A stretch of DNA of 64,000 bases, taken from the NCBI GenBank assembly GCA_963724295.1, contig CAVRUC010000013.1, forward strand, positions 96,001 through 160,000. The letters are read 5' to 3'. Source of the DNA: an uncultured Chloroflexia bacterium (lineage in GTDB: Bacteria > Chloroflexota > Chloroflexia > Thermomicrobiales > UBA6265). The notes under the pieces were generated by a model. It had not been told where the DNA came from and did not search any database. It saw nothing but the letters and a program-made list of their open reading frames with translations. Position 1 is the stretch's first letter; each line of letters begins with the position of its first letter. A program made the position numbers and the translations under genes. Positions 53,953-64,000 of this stretch are shown here, piece by piece.

Positions 53953-55600
53953 ATGCGGATCAAGCGCCGAGCGGGCTCCTTGATAACGACCTGGCTGCTG
54001 GCGCTGGTCGGCGCGGCGTTGCCGCCGCCGGCAGAGCCGGAGGAGCAGGGGGCGGGGCCGGACGCTGCGCCCCGGGGCGGGTCTAAGGACGGCGGCGGGC
54101 GCGAGGCCGGCCCGGCCCGCCTGCTGCTCGGGCTCGCGCTCGCTTGGGGCCTCGCCTGGCCGGCGGGGGTTGCGGCTCAGGCGGGCGCCGCAAGCCTGAT
54201 CGTTCCGGCCGAAGCCGATGCGCGCGTCGAGGAAGCGCAACCGGAGACCAATTTTGGCGTCGATCCGGCGCTGCGGGCCGACGGTGGTGGCGACCCCGAA
54301 GTTCGCAGCTACCTGCGGTTCGTGGTCGAGGGCGTGACCGACGACGTGAGGCAGGCCACCCTGCGGCTGTACGCCACCTCGTCCACCGAGGACGGTCCGG
54401 CCGTCTACGAGACCGAGACCGAGTGGACCGAGGGCGAGCTGACTTGGGACGCGCGGGCCTCCCGCACCAGCGACGCGATCGACGACCGCAGAGCGATCGA
54501 GGCCGACGCCTGGGTCGAGTACGACGTGACCAACTTTGTGACGACCGATGGCGTCTACGCCTTTGTCCTCGTCGCCGACGGGGGCGACGGCGTCGATTTC
54601 TCGGCGCGCGAGGGAGCGCGGCCGCCCGAGTTGGTGCTGACGCTCGACCGGGGCCGAGCGGAAGCCGAGCACTCGGACAGCGGCGACGGCGCCGCCGGCG
54701 AGTCCGTCACGGTCGTCGCCGCAGGCGACGTCGCCTGCGACCCGGCCTCCGGCTCGTTCAACGACGGTCTCGGCACCGCCTCCAACTGCCGCCAGGAGCA
54801 CACCGCCCGCCTGGTCGAGGCAGATCGACCCCGCCCTGGTCCTTGGGCTTGGCGACATGCAGTACGAGGAGGGAACCCTCGCCAACTACGAGAAGTCGTA
54901 CGATCCGTCGTGGGGCCGCTTCAAGGACAAGACCTATGTCGTCGCCGGCGGCTCCCACGACTTCTACGGCGGCGGCGACTTCTACGAGTACTGGGGGGAG
55001 CGCGCCGGCCCCGCGCCGCTACGGAACTGGTTCAGCCGCGACGTCGGCGCCTGGCACCTGGTCTTCCTCAACTCCTACTGCGACGAGGTGGGCGGCTGCG
55101 GGCCGGGCAGTCCCCAGTACGAGTGGCTGCGCGCCGACCTGGCGGCGAGCGATGCGGCCTGCACACTGGCGTTGTGGCACGAGCCGCGCTTCACCTCCGG
55201 TTCTCGCAACGGCGAGGACGAGGACGTCGACCCGCTTCTGGGATCTGCTCTACGAGCAAGGGGCGGAAGCTGGTGCTCGTCGGGCACGAGCACAACTACG
55301 AGCGATTCGCCCCGATGGACGGCGACGGGGAGCGCGACGACGCCTTCGGCGTCCGCGAGTTCGTCGTCGGCACCGGCGGCAAGTCGCTGGGCGGCGACTG
55401 GGAGAACATCCGGCCTTCGAGCGAGGTCCGGGACGAGGAGGCCTACGGCGTCCTCAAGCTGACGCTGCGCCCCGACGGTTACGACTGGGAGTTCGTGGCG
55501 GAGCCGGGTCAGTCCTTCACTGACGCGGGGAGCGGGGAGTGCCACGGCGCGCCGGATAGCGGCGCGGTCGAGCGCGACCGATCGACCCTCGCCGCCACGG
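53953..55600 (+). CDS. Secreted DNRLRE + metallophosphoesterase protein; frameshifts near 54825 and 55240; 3' end uncertain
   Basis: Leader like those of the giant proteins; DNRLRE module; AAGDVAC, LGDMQY, GGSHD, WHEP, GHEHNYERF and YGVLKLTL. Confidence 0.75.
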
Positions 55601-55958
55601 GGTTGCTCCAATCGATCACCCTCCACATGGCGTCGCCCACCCGGCGAGACGACGCGGCGCTACCGTTCTCGAGCACATCCCGGCGCAGGGTCGGGCGTTG
55701 GGACGCTCGCGCGGCCGGCGGACGCAAGAGCGCGGTCGGTCGCAACCACCGCCGATCGCCCACTCGTGGGACGAGCGAGGAGCAACCGCGGAGCACCCCC
55801 GCGCCCGGCGCTGCGGGGCCAGGCGGCTACCGCGCCAGCAGCAGCAACGTCGCGCAGCCAAACCCGTCGCGGCCGACGTTCGGCCGACTTGTCGCGATCG
55901 GGGATCATCGGGGCGGCCTCGGCCGCCGCTCCCGACGCCCTGGGGAGGAGTCCATCCC

Positions 55959-56810
55959 GTGCTTGATCTGTCCGTCATCGTGCCGGTGCGTAACGCCGAG
56001 CTCTTCATCGACGACTGCCTGGCGTCGATCGTCCGCTCGCAACCCCGCGAGATCATCGTCGTCGACGGGAACTCGACCGACCGCACGGTGGAGATCGCCC
56101 GGCGGTACCCGGTCCAGATCCTCGCCAACGGGGACCGCGGTGTCGCCGCCGCCCGGATGCTCGGCGTTCACACGGCGACCGCCGACGCCGTCGCGCTGAT
56201 CGACGTCGACATCGTGCTGCCGGACGGGGCGTTGGGCCGGCTCTTCGAGGAGTTCCGAGAGGGCCGGTACACCGCCCTGCAGGCCGGGCTGCACAGCGAG
56301 GCGGGCCCGGGCTATTGGGGACAGGCCCTCGTCTACCACCACAACAACGGCCGCAGCAAGCACTGGCCGGGGCTGATGGCGACCATCTTCCGGCGGGACG
56401 CCTTGCTCGCCCATGAGCTCGACGCGAGTTTTGCGTCGGGCGAGGACATCGAGCTGCGGTGGCGACTGCAGCGGGCGGGCGCCAAGCTCGGCGTCTCGCG
56501 ACAGACGATCGTCACCCACCGCTTCGACGACACCTTCGCCTGCGCTCGGGGCCAGTTCGACGACGACGGCAAGGGGCTCGCCCGGATGGTGCTGAAGTAC
56601 GGCTGGCGCGCCGGGATGCTACTCGGGATCCCCGCCGCGGGGGCGGTGCGCGGTAGCCTGCTCAGCCTTGTCCGGCGCCAGCCGCGGTGGATCCCGTACT
56701 TCGTGGTCTACGCGATCCTCAACTACACCGCGATGCTCGGCACCTTCGCCGATCGTCTCAAGCAGCGGATGAAGTCCGGGACGCAGCGGGTCGATCTTGG
56801 ACCGGCGTAG
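55959..56810 (+). CDS. GT2 glycosyltransferase
   Basis: GAGGAG RBS and GTG start; LSVIVPVRN, VDGNSTD, IDVD and GEDIEL. Confidence 0.9.
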   Translation: MLDLSVIVPVRNAELFIDDCLASIVRSQPREIIVVDGNSTDRTVEIARRYPVQILANGDRGVAAARMLGVHTATADAVALIDVDIVLPDGALGRLFEEFREGRYTALQAGLHSEAGPGYWGQALVYHHNNGRSKHWPGLMATIFRRDALLAHELDASFASGEDIELRWRLQRAGAKLGVSRQTIVTHRFDDTFACARGQFDDDGKGLARMVLKYGWRAGMLLGIPAAGAVRGSLLSLVRRQPRWIPYFVVYAILNYTAMLGTFADRLKQRMKSGTQRVDLGPA

Positions 56811-56814
56811 CACG

Positions 56815-58221
56815 GTGGGTCAAACCGGCAGTGCGGCATTCGCCGCGCCGACCCCCGAGGCGACAGCGATCGCCAGTGAGGGCGCAAGGCGCTCCCTGCC
56901 AATGCACCTGAACTCCATTGCCCTGGTCCTCGGCAAGATGGCGACGTTGGGTGTCGGGTTCCTGGTCTGGTTGATCGCCGCCCGGCTCCTCCCGCCTGCC
57001 GAGGTGGGGCTGGCGTCCGGGGCGGTCTCGGCGATGATGCTCTGCGTGCAGCTCGCCCTCTTCGGCGCCGGGGCGGCGGTGATCACGCTCTTCCCCCGGC
57101 ACCAGGACCGCCCCGCCAACCTGCTCGACACCGCGATCGGCGTCGTCGGCGTCGCCTCGCTCGTCGCCGCCGTCGCCTTCCTGGGGCTGGCCTGGGGCCT
57201 GTTCCGCGAGCTGCGCGTCCTGGCGGCGATCCCCGGCTACGCGATTGCCTTCCTCGCCATGTGCGCGCTCGGCACGCTCGGAGTGCTGTTCGACCAGATC
57301 GGCACGGCGCTGCGACGGGGCGACCAAGTCCTGGTCCGAGGCGTCGTATTCGGGGTCGTGACCCTCGGCATCATCATCGCCTTGCCCCTTGGCGTTGGGG
57401 TAACGGACGCTTCGGCAATCCTTGCGGCGTGGGTCGGTGGCGGCCTGGTCAGCGTCGGTCTCGGTTACGCCCAACTGCGCCGCTCGCTCCCGGGCTACCG
57501 CTACCGACCGCGCCTGCACCGCCGGCTGGCGGCGCAGTTGGTCGGGATCGGCCTGCCGAACTGGGCGTTGACGCTGACGGAGCGGGCGCCCGGCTCGATC
57601 CTACCGATTGTGGTCACGGAGCTGCTTTCGCCGGAGGCCAACGCGACCTGGTACGCCGTCTGGATGATGGCCTGGGTGGTCTACGTCATCCCCGTGCAGG
57701 TTGGGCTCTCGCTCTTCGCGGAGGCGGCCCATCACCCGGACGACCTGGGGCTAGCTGTTCGCCGCGGCCTCGGCTTGGCACTGGCCATCGGTACGGCAGG
57801 CGCGGTCGGCGCCGCAATCGTGGGACCGTTCATGCTGTCGTTCCTTGGTCCTAGCTACGCGGAAAGCGGCACGACGCCCCTGCGCATCCTTGTCGTCGCG
57901 GTTATCCCCTTCGCGTTCGTTCAGGCGTATTTCTCGGCGTGCCGATCCCGTCAGAAGTTGACGGAGGCGATCGTGACTGGGATTTGCAGCGGGCTGGTGG
58001 GCGTCGGGGCGGCGGTGTGGGCCAGCCTCACCTACGGTTTGACCGGAATGGCCGTCGCCTGGTTGCTGACCCAAATCGTTACCGGCGCGTGGGCCCTCTC
58101 CCGGTTGCGCTCACTATCGGGGCGGAATTGGGGAAGATCCCGGCGCGACACCATGGGAGCCAGGCGCGGACCGGATGTCGCCGCAGCAGGACTGCCGGCT
58201 ACAGACTCGGCGGCATCCTGA
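56815..58221 (+). CDS. Wzx-like polysaccharide flippase / biosynthesis membrane protein
   Basis: About 12 TM segments; NSIAL..GFLVWLIAARL..EVG N-terminus. Start uncertain. Confidence 0.85.
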   Translation: MGQTGSAAFAAPTPEATAIASEGARRSLPMHLNSIALVLGKMATLGVGFLVWLIAARLLPPAEVGLASGAVSAMMLCVQLALFGAGAAVITLFPRHQDRPANLLDTAIGVVGVASLVAAVAFLGLAWGLFRELRVLAAIPGYAIAFLAMCALGTLGVLFDQIGTALRRGDQVLVRGVVFGVVTLGIIIALPLGVGVTDASAILAAWVGGGLVSVGLGYAQLRRSLPGYRYRPRLHRRLAAQLVGIGLPNWALTLTERAPGSILPIVVTELLSPEANATWYAVWMMAWVVYVIPVQVGLSLFAEAAHHPDDLGLAVRRGLGLALAIGTAGAVGAAIVGPFMLSFLGPSYAESGTTPLRILVVAVIPFAFVQAYFSACRSRQKLTEAIVTGICSGLVGVGAAVWASLTYGLTGMAVAWLLTQIVTGAWALSRLRSLSGRNWGRSRRDTMGARRGPDVAAAGLPATDSAAS

Positions 58222-58489
58222 GCACAGGGCGCACCAGCTAAAGAGGCGCCACGATCACTTTGATCCCAGAATTTCAGCCGTTCGGCATCGCGGCCGCCTA
58301 AGCGGGGGGCGGGTAGACCGAAGCCCCGGTTAGCGGGCGGGATCTGCTGAGCCACGTCCCGCCCGGCGCATCAGTGGATGATGAGGGGTCGCTGAATCGG
58401 CTGCGCCCTCCCCTCGGCGATGCCGGTCCGGGCTCTAGCCGCGTTCGGGGTCTGGTCCAGCAGGGATCGTCAACCAAGACGTCCTCATT

Positions 58490-59437
58490 GGTGAACACCG
58501 CGCATAAATCCCTAGAGAACCGAATGCAGCCACCTGACCGTACGTACGGATGAGGGAAAGCCGCCGGGCCCGGCGTCAGGAGCGTCAACGACCTCCCAGG
58601 CCCACGGACGTGCGTGCACATGTCGCACGCCCACCATCGGCGCAGCACTGTCTGCCGCCACCATAGCCGTCTCGCGGATCGGTCTGCCGGTGCAGGTTGT
58701 CTCGACCTGTGCGCCACCGCTCCCGAGCGCCCGCCGGCGCGAGCCATCGCACCGTGCTCGAGGAAAGGGGATCAGTATGCCCGGGTTCCGTGACTCCAAG
58801 TCACCACATGGCACGTGGCTGCGCACGCTCGTCGTGCTGGGTCTGGTCGTTGCCGTGGTCGCGGAGACCCCGCTACGGTCCGGTGGTGTCATACCTCCCT
58901 GGCTTCCCCTGGACAGCACGGGCACGGTTGCCGGGAGCGTGCTGTTGCCGGGTGCGCCCGACCAGGCGGAGGTGGCCGCCGCGGCCAAGCGCAAGGGCGA
59001 CAAGCAAGACAGGCAAGACAAGCGCGCGGACAAGAGTGACCAGAAGGCAGAGAAGAGCGGCAAACGCCATGGGGGCAAGAGCAAGCACCCAGGAGAGGAC
59101 CAGGACAGGAACCCGGGAGGGGGCAACGGCAAGCACCAGGGGGACGGGAAGCGAGACACGCCCCAGCGAGACAATGACCAGGGGAACAAGCAGATCACGC
59201 AGGAGCGGAAGGGGAAGGACACGACGTCGCCGGAGCGCCGTGGGGCGGCTGATGTCGCCGCTGCTGAGGTCACCGCCGCTGCCACGTCATGGAGCTTTAC
59301 CCCGGTGGCTGATGCCCAAGTCAACGAGGCCAACCCGAACACCAACTATGGGACCGGGGCCCAGCTGAGGGTCGACGGTGGAACGGATCCGGATGTGTTC
59401 AGCTACCTGCGCTTTTCCGTGAGCGGGGTGAGCGGAA
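58490..59437 (+). repeat. Direct repeat, copy 1 (copy 2 at 63053 to the window end)
   Basis: Offset 4563 bp; I found 3 substitutions in 948 bp. Confidence 0.95.
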
Positions 59438-60893
59438 CGGTGCAGAGCGCCACGTTGCGGCTGTGGGTGCAGCCGGATGGCGGCACGCAGGACGGTCCCT
59501 TCGTCAAGACCGCCGGCACGGGTTGGAGCGAGACGGGCATCGTCTGGAACAATCGCCCGAGAGCCGGCAGGAAGGTGCTCGATGACAAGGGAGCGCTCAC
59601 CGGCGGCGCCTGGGTCGAGTACGACGTCACCAGTGCTGTCAAAGGCAACGGTGCCGTCGGGTTTACGCTGCGGCCGGAGACCAGCGACGGCGCTAACTTC
59701 GACTCCCGGGAGGCAGCCAACAAACCGCAATTAGTCCTTACCCTCGGCGGCGATACCCCCACCCCCACCCCGGGACCGAATCCGACGCCGACCCCAGTGC
59801 CGCCGACCCCCACCCCGACGCCGACCGCGACCCCACCTCCCACCTCGCCCACCCCGACCCCGACGCCGCCCGCAGGCGGGAGCGGGACGGTGCGGGCCGC
59901 CGCCGAGACAACCCCGGTCCACCATGGCGGCGACGCGGCCGACGACCCGGCGATCTGGATCCACCCGACCGACCCTGGCCGGAGCACGATCATCGGCACC
60001 GACAAGCTCGGCGGCCTGGCCGTCTACGACCTCGCCGGGAATGAGCTCGCCTATTACGCCGACAGCACGCCGAACAACGTTGACCTGCGTTACAACTTTC
60101 CGCTCGGCGGCGAACGGGTCGCGCTGGTGGTCACCAGTGACACCGCCACCGACAGCCTCCGGACCTACCGGATCGATCCCGCCACGCGCCAGCTGATCCC
60201 CGTGGCGGCCCGGACGATCGACGTCGGGATCGGCGTCGCCGGGCTGTGCGCCTACGTCAGCCCCAGCACCGGTCAGGTACTACGCCTTCGTTGAGTGACA
60301 GTAGCGGCACCGTCCAGCAGTGGGAGCTGCACGACGACGGCAGCGGCAAGGTCGGCGTGACCAAGGTGCGGACGCTTTCCGTCGGCTCTACGACCGAGGG
60401 CTGCGTCGCCGACGATGGCACCGGCGACCTGTACATCGCTGAGGAGGACGTTGGCATCTGGAAGTACGGGGCGGAACCCAACGCGGGCAGCGAGCGGACC
60501 CGGGTCGATGTCGTCGGCGGCGGGGGGCACCTGACCGCGGACATCGAGGGCCTGGCGATCTACTACGGCGGCGACGGCAGCGGTTACCTGCTGGCCTCCA
60601 GTCAAGGCAGCGACAAGTTCGTGGTCTACAAGCGCGGCGGGGACAACGCCTACGTGACGACCTTCGCCATCACCGCGGGGTCGGTCGACGGCGTCAGCCA
60701 CACCGACGGCCTCGACGTCACCAACGCCGGGCTGGGCACGGCCTTCCCGAACGGACTGTTCATCGCCCAGGACGACCGCAACGACGGAGGGAACCAGAAC
60801 TTCAAGCTGGTATCGTGGGACGCCATCGCCCGGTCGGTCGACCCGCCGTTGCGCGTGGACACCGGCTGGGACCCGCGACGCGTCGGGGTTTAG
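58777..60893 (+). CDS. Secreted DNRLRE-domain beta-propeller phytase; frameshift near 60285
   Basis: Signal segment, K/D/Q-rich linker, DNRLRE, PT linker, then DAADDPAIWIHP, GTDK, NNVDLRY, EGCVADD, IAEEDVGIW, ADIEGL, SSQG, TDG and QNFK. Confidence 0.9.
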
Positions 60894-61786
60894 CTAGAGA
60901 TCTGACCCGTGGGAGGGGTGCAGTCTCGCGCTCTCGCGGATGGGGAGCTGAGCGGTGGACGGCGCGCCGGGCGGCCCGGTTGGCCGCCGTCGAGCGGGGC
61001 GCTACCTCGGCTTAGGCAGAGCTTCGGCGGGCGCAGCCCCGCGTAGAAGCAGCGGCAAAGCCTCAGGCACACCGCGATCATGGCGGGAACTACGGCCAGG
61101 ACGGCATGGGTCGGCTGCACCGACTCGTTCTCTACGTCGAGGAGGTCTGTGCTCAGTGCCGCATCCTCCGGGGCCGCCCCCCGCCCTTCCCGTCGCCTTG
61201 CGGTCGTGTCCGTCGGGCCGCCATACCTTTGGCACGTGCGTTGCCGGCCATAGGCCGCTCCGTCCGAGACGAGGACCAGCAAAGCCGGGGTCGGATCGGG
61301 CGCCGTCCTCGAAATGAGCCAGATCCCCGGGGCCGCCCCTCGACCCATCTCGATCTCCGCGCCCGCGAAAGAGCCTCCGGCGGCGCCCGCACCTTCGGTC
61401 CGCGTCCAGGGCGATGGCAACCCTCGTCCAACCGGTTTGCGGACACGCCCTAGGCGGCGAGTGCCGCGTCCACGCGGCCGGCGGCGAGGTCAGCGGCGAG
61501 AGATGCGACCGGGCGGCGCCCCTGCCAGCCCTTCGCCTGCACGAGACCACGCCAGTAGCCCACGCCATGCCGGGCGATGGTGACGGATGCGCCAGCGGTG
61601 CCGATGGCGCGATATTGAGCGGTGGCGGGCGAGGGTGATGCCTTTCGGGTCGACGGACAGACCGAACCACGGAGGTCCGGGATCGATCGCAGTCGTTCCC
61701 CAAAAGGCGGCTCTAACCGCGCTGCTGGCTGCCGGAGGAGATGCATCTGGGGACAGAGGTTTCCTCAGGTAGGAGGCCACGCATTT

Positions 61787-61830
61787 TGGCTCATTTGAGG
61801 GATGGCGCGCGGAATCCCTCATCGTACGCA
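61787..61830 (+). promoter_or_regulatory. Single operator + -10-like hexamer (site E)
   Basis: TGGCTCATTTGAGGGA (61787), 22 bp, TACGCA (61825). Confidence 0.6.
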
Positions 61831-61871
61831 TCCCCCTTTACACCATCCGATTGACACCGAAAGGAAGCGGG

Positions 61872-62394
61872 TTGGAGGGGGATCGGTTCGACGAGATAAC
61901 TCGCCAGTGGGGGACCGCCGGGGTCTCCCGCCGGACCATCCTCCGGCTGCTGGCGGGGAGCGTCCTCGGTGCGCTCGCGGTTCTTGGCCCCGGCCTACGG
62001 GAGGCCGCTGCTGTGGGCCTTGTTAGCGATCCCTGCAGCAAGGACACGGACTGTTTCGAGGGCAGCGTCTGCCGCGGCCCCCGACGGGGGCAAAAGCGCT
62101 GCCGATGCCGGTACGGCCGCGTCGATTGCGGCGACGGCAAGTGCTGGATCCTCGCGACCAGCGAGAGAAACTGTGGCACCTGCGGCAATCCCTGCTCGCG
62201 GGGTCAGCTGTGCTGCAACAGCACCTGCCGCGAGGACTGCCCGACCGGGCAAGTCCTCAACGATGCTACCTGCGAGTGCCAGGTCTGCAATCCGTCGGGA
62301 GTCCGCTGCGGTCGGACCGGGGATCCCTCCTGCTGCTCCGGGCTCTGCAAGAAGAAGCGGGGGACTCGTAAGCAGTTCTGCGCGAGCGCTTTAA
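61872..62394 (+). CDS. Tat-secreted cysteine-rich protein; stop probably the TAA at 62392-62394, one base out of frame
   Basis: AAGGAAG RBS and TTG start; [16 protein letters not shown] twin-Arg leader; more than 20 Cys including NCGTCGNPC. Confidence 0.75.
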
Positions 62395-62444
62395 GGCGCA
62401 TTTGCGCGCCGGCGAAACGAGGCGTGGGGTGCGTGGCGACCGGG

Positions 62445-62812
62445 GCGACCTCACCGAAGCGGACATCGAGGGCCTGGCGATCTACTACCGCGGCGGCGGC
62501 GGCTACCTGCTGGCCTCCAGCCAAGGCAGCGACGAGTTCGTGGTCTACGAGCGGGGCGGGACCAACGCCTACGTCACCACCTTCTCCGTCGATGCCCGCG
62601 CCGTCGACGGCGTTAGCCACACCGACGGCATTGACGTCACCAACGCCGCCCTCGGCGCCGCTTTCCCGGACGGCCTCTTCGTCGCCCAGGACGACCGCAA
62701 CGACGGAGGGAACCAGAACATCAAGCTGGTGCCGTGGGGCAATATCGCCCGCGCGGCGAGTCCGGCGCTCACCATCGACACCGGCTGGGACCCGCGCCGC
62801 GTCGGCGGCTAG
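62445..62812 (+). pseudogene. C-terminal fragment of a second, diverged beta-propeller phytase
   Basis: [43 protein letters not shown] parallels 60530-60893. Confidence 0.85.
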
Positions 62813-63052
62813 GCGAGGTGGCGGCAGGGAACGGGCGGTGGGACGGGCGGGAACCGTCGCTGATCGTCCTTCGCGCTGACGCCAGCATCGGATGCGTGCC
62901 GAGCCAACACGGCGTCGGACTCGCCGAAGCCGGACGTTCGTGCCCGAGCTGGATTGATGTTCCCGGGCTGCCCGTGCGCGGCTGCCGACGGCGATGTCTG
63001 CGCGGTGACCAGGAACAGGACGCGCCCGGAATCGGCCCCAGTGCTGACTGGA

Positions 63053-64000
63053 GGTGAACACCGCGCATAAATCCCTAGAGAACCGAATGCAGCCACCTGA
63101 CCGTACGTACGGATGAGGGAAAGCCGCCGGGCCCGGCGTCAGGAGCGTCAACGACCTCCCAGGCCCACGGACGTGCGTGCACATGTCGCACGCCCACCAT
63201 CGGCGCAGCACTGTCTGCCGCCACCATAGTCGTCTCGCGGATCGGTCTGCCGGTGCAGGTTGTCTCGACCTGTGCGCCACCGCTCCCGAGCGCCCGCCGG
63301 CGCGAGCCATCGCACCGTGCTCGAGGAAAGGGGATCAGTATGCCCGGGTTCCGTGACTCCAAGTCACCACATGGCACGTGGCTGCGCACGCTCGTCGTGC
63401 TGGGTCTGGTCGTTGCCGTGGTCGCGGAGACCCCGCTACGGTCCGGTGGTGTCATACCTGCCTGGCTTCCCCTGGACAGCACGGGCACGGTTGCCGGGAG
63501 CGTGCTGTTGCCGGGTGCGCCCGACCAGGCGGAGGTGGCCGCCGCGGCCAAGCGCAAGGGCGACAAGCAAGACAGGCAAGACAAGCGCGCGGACAAGAGT
63601 GACCAGAAGGCAGAGAAGAGCGGCAAACGCCATGGGGGCAAGAGCAAGCACCCAGGAGAGGACCAGGACAGGAACCCGGGAGGGGGCAACGGCAAGCACC
63701 AGGGGGACGGGAAGCGAGACACGCCCCAGCGAGACAATGACCAGGGGAACAAGCAGATCACGCAGGAGCGGAAGGGGAAGGACACGACGTCGCCGGAGCG
63801 CCGTGGGGCGGCTGATGTCGCCGCTGCTGAGGTCACCGCCGCTGCCACGTCATGGAGCTTTACCCCGGTGGCTGATGCCCAAGTCAACGAGGCCAACCCG
63901 AACACCAACTATGGGACCGAGGCCCAGCTGAGGGTCGACGGTGGAACGGATCCGGATGTGTTCAGCTACCTGCGCTTTTCCGTGAGCGGGGTGAGCGGAA
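63053..64000 (+). repeat. Direct repeat, copy 2, running off the window
   Basis: Matches 58490-59437. Confidence 0.95.
63340..64000 (+). CDS. Paralog of the 58777 gene (signal, linker and start of DNRLRE), cut by the window edge
   Basis: Open frame, identical to the 58777 gene except P->A and G->E. Confidence 0.85.
   Translation, partial: MPGFRDSKSPHGTWLRTLVVLGLVVAVVAETPLRSGGVIPAWLPLDSTGTVAGSVLLPGAPDQAEVAAAAKRKGDKQDRQDKRADKSDQKAEKSGKRHGGKSKHPGEDQDRNPGGGNGKHQGDGKRDTPQRDNDQGNKQITQERKGKDTTSPERRGAADVAAAEVTAAATSWSFTPVADAQVNEANPNTNYGTEAQLRVDGGTDPDVFSYLRFSVSGVSG

Noticed and set aside
58542..58557. Possible sixth operator, ACGTACGGATGAGGGA, upstream of the phytase
   Set aside because: Only the right half-site matches, and there is no TA-hexamer 22 bp downstream.
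60894..61780. Small ORFs between the phytase and the Cys-rich gene
   Set aside because: No coherent protein motifs or translation signals.
1..64000. tRNA, rRNA, integrase or prophage genes
   Set aside because: None recognised by eye; a tRNAscan/Rfam run would be needed to exclude small RNAs.

Overview
High-GC bacterial DNA. The gene types and secreted-protein leaders suggest Chloroflexota/Thermomicrobiales, which is an inference. The first ~21 kb looks like core chromosome. It holds thiM, an O-methyltransferase, a peptidase-like/DUF58/BatA/VWA cluster with no MoxR ATPase, convergent corA and mgtE, an ECF sigma/anti-sigma/macro-domain/hydrolase run, an archease-like gene, pdxA and a truncated four-carbon acid-sugar kinase. 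An accessory region starts after that truncation and an ISAs1 remnant. It encodes a STAND-LuxR regulator, a sensor-less histidine kinase, a NarL-type response regulator, a pseudo-receiver, three GT2 glycosyltransferases, an HPr-kinase-like P-loop protein and a Wzx-like flippase. It also encodes secreted modular proteins built from Ig-like and DNRLRE (CBM96-like) domains: two giants (~3,800 and ~2,670 aa once frameshifts are joined), a metallophosphoesterase and a beta-propeller phytase, with recent 1.5 kb and >=0.95 kb duplications. The best hand-found signal is a promoter architecture repeated five times across this region: 16-bp near-palindromes (TRGCTCAWWTGAGCYA) on a 24-bp period, the last ending in GGGA, then exactly 22 bp and a -10-like hexamer. 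This points to a locally encoded regulon coupling surface-glycan synthesis with surface phosphatases. Many single-base frameshifts are probably sequencing errors. All domain calls come from motifs recognised by eye, not from database searches.
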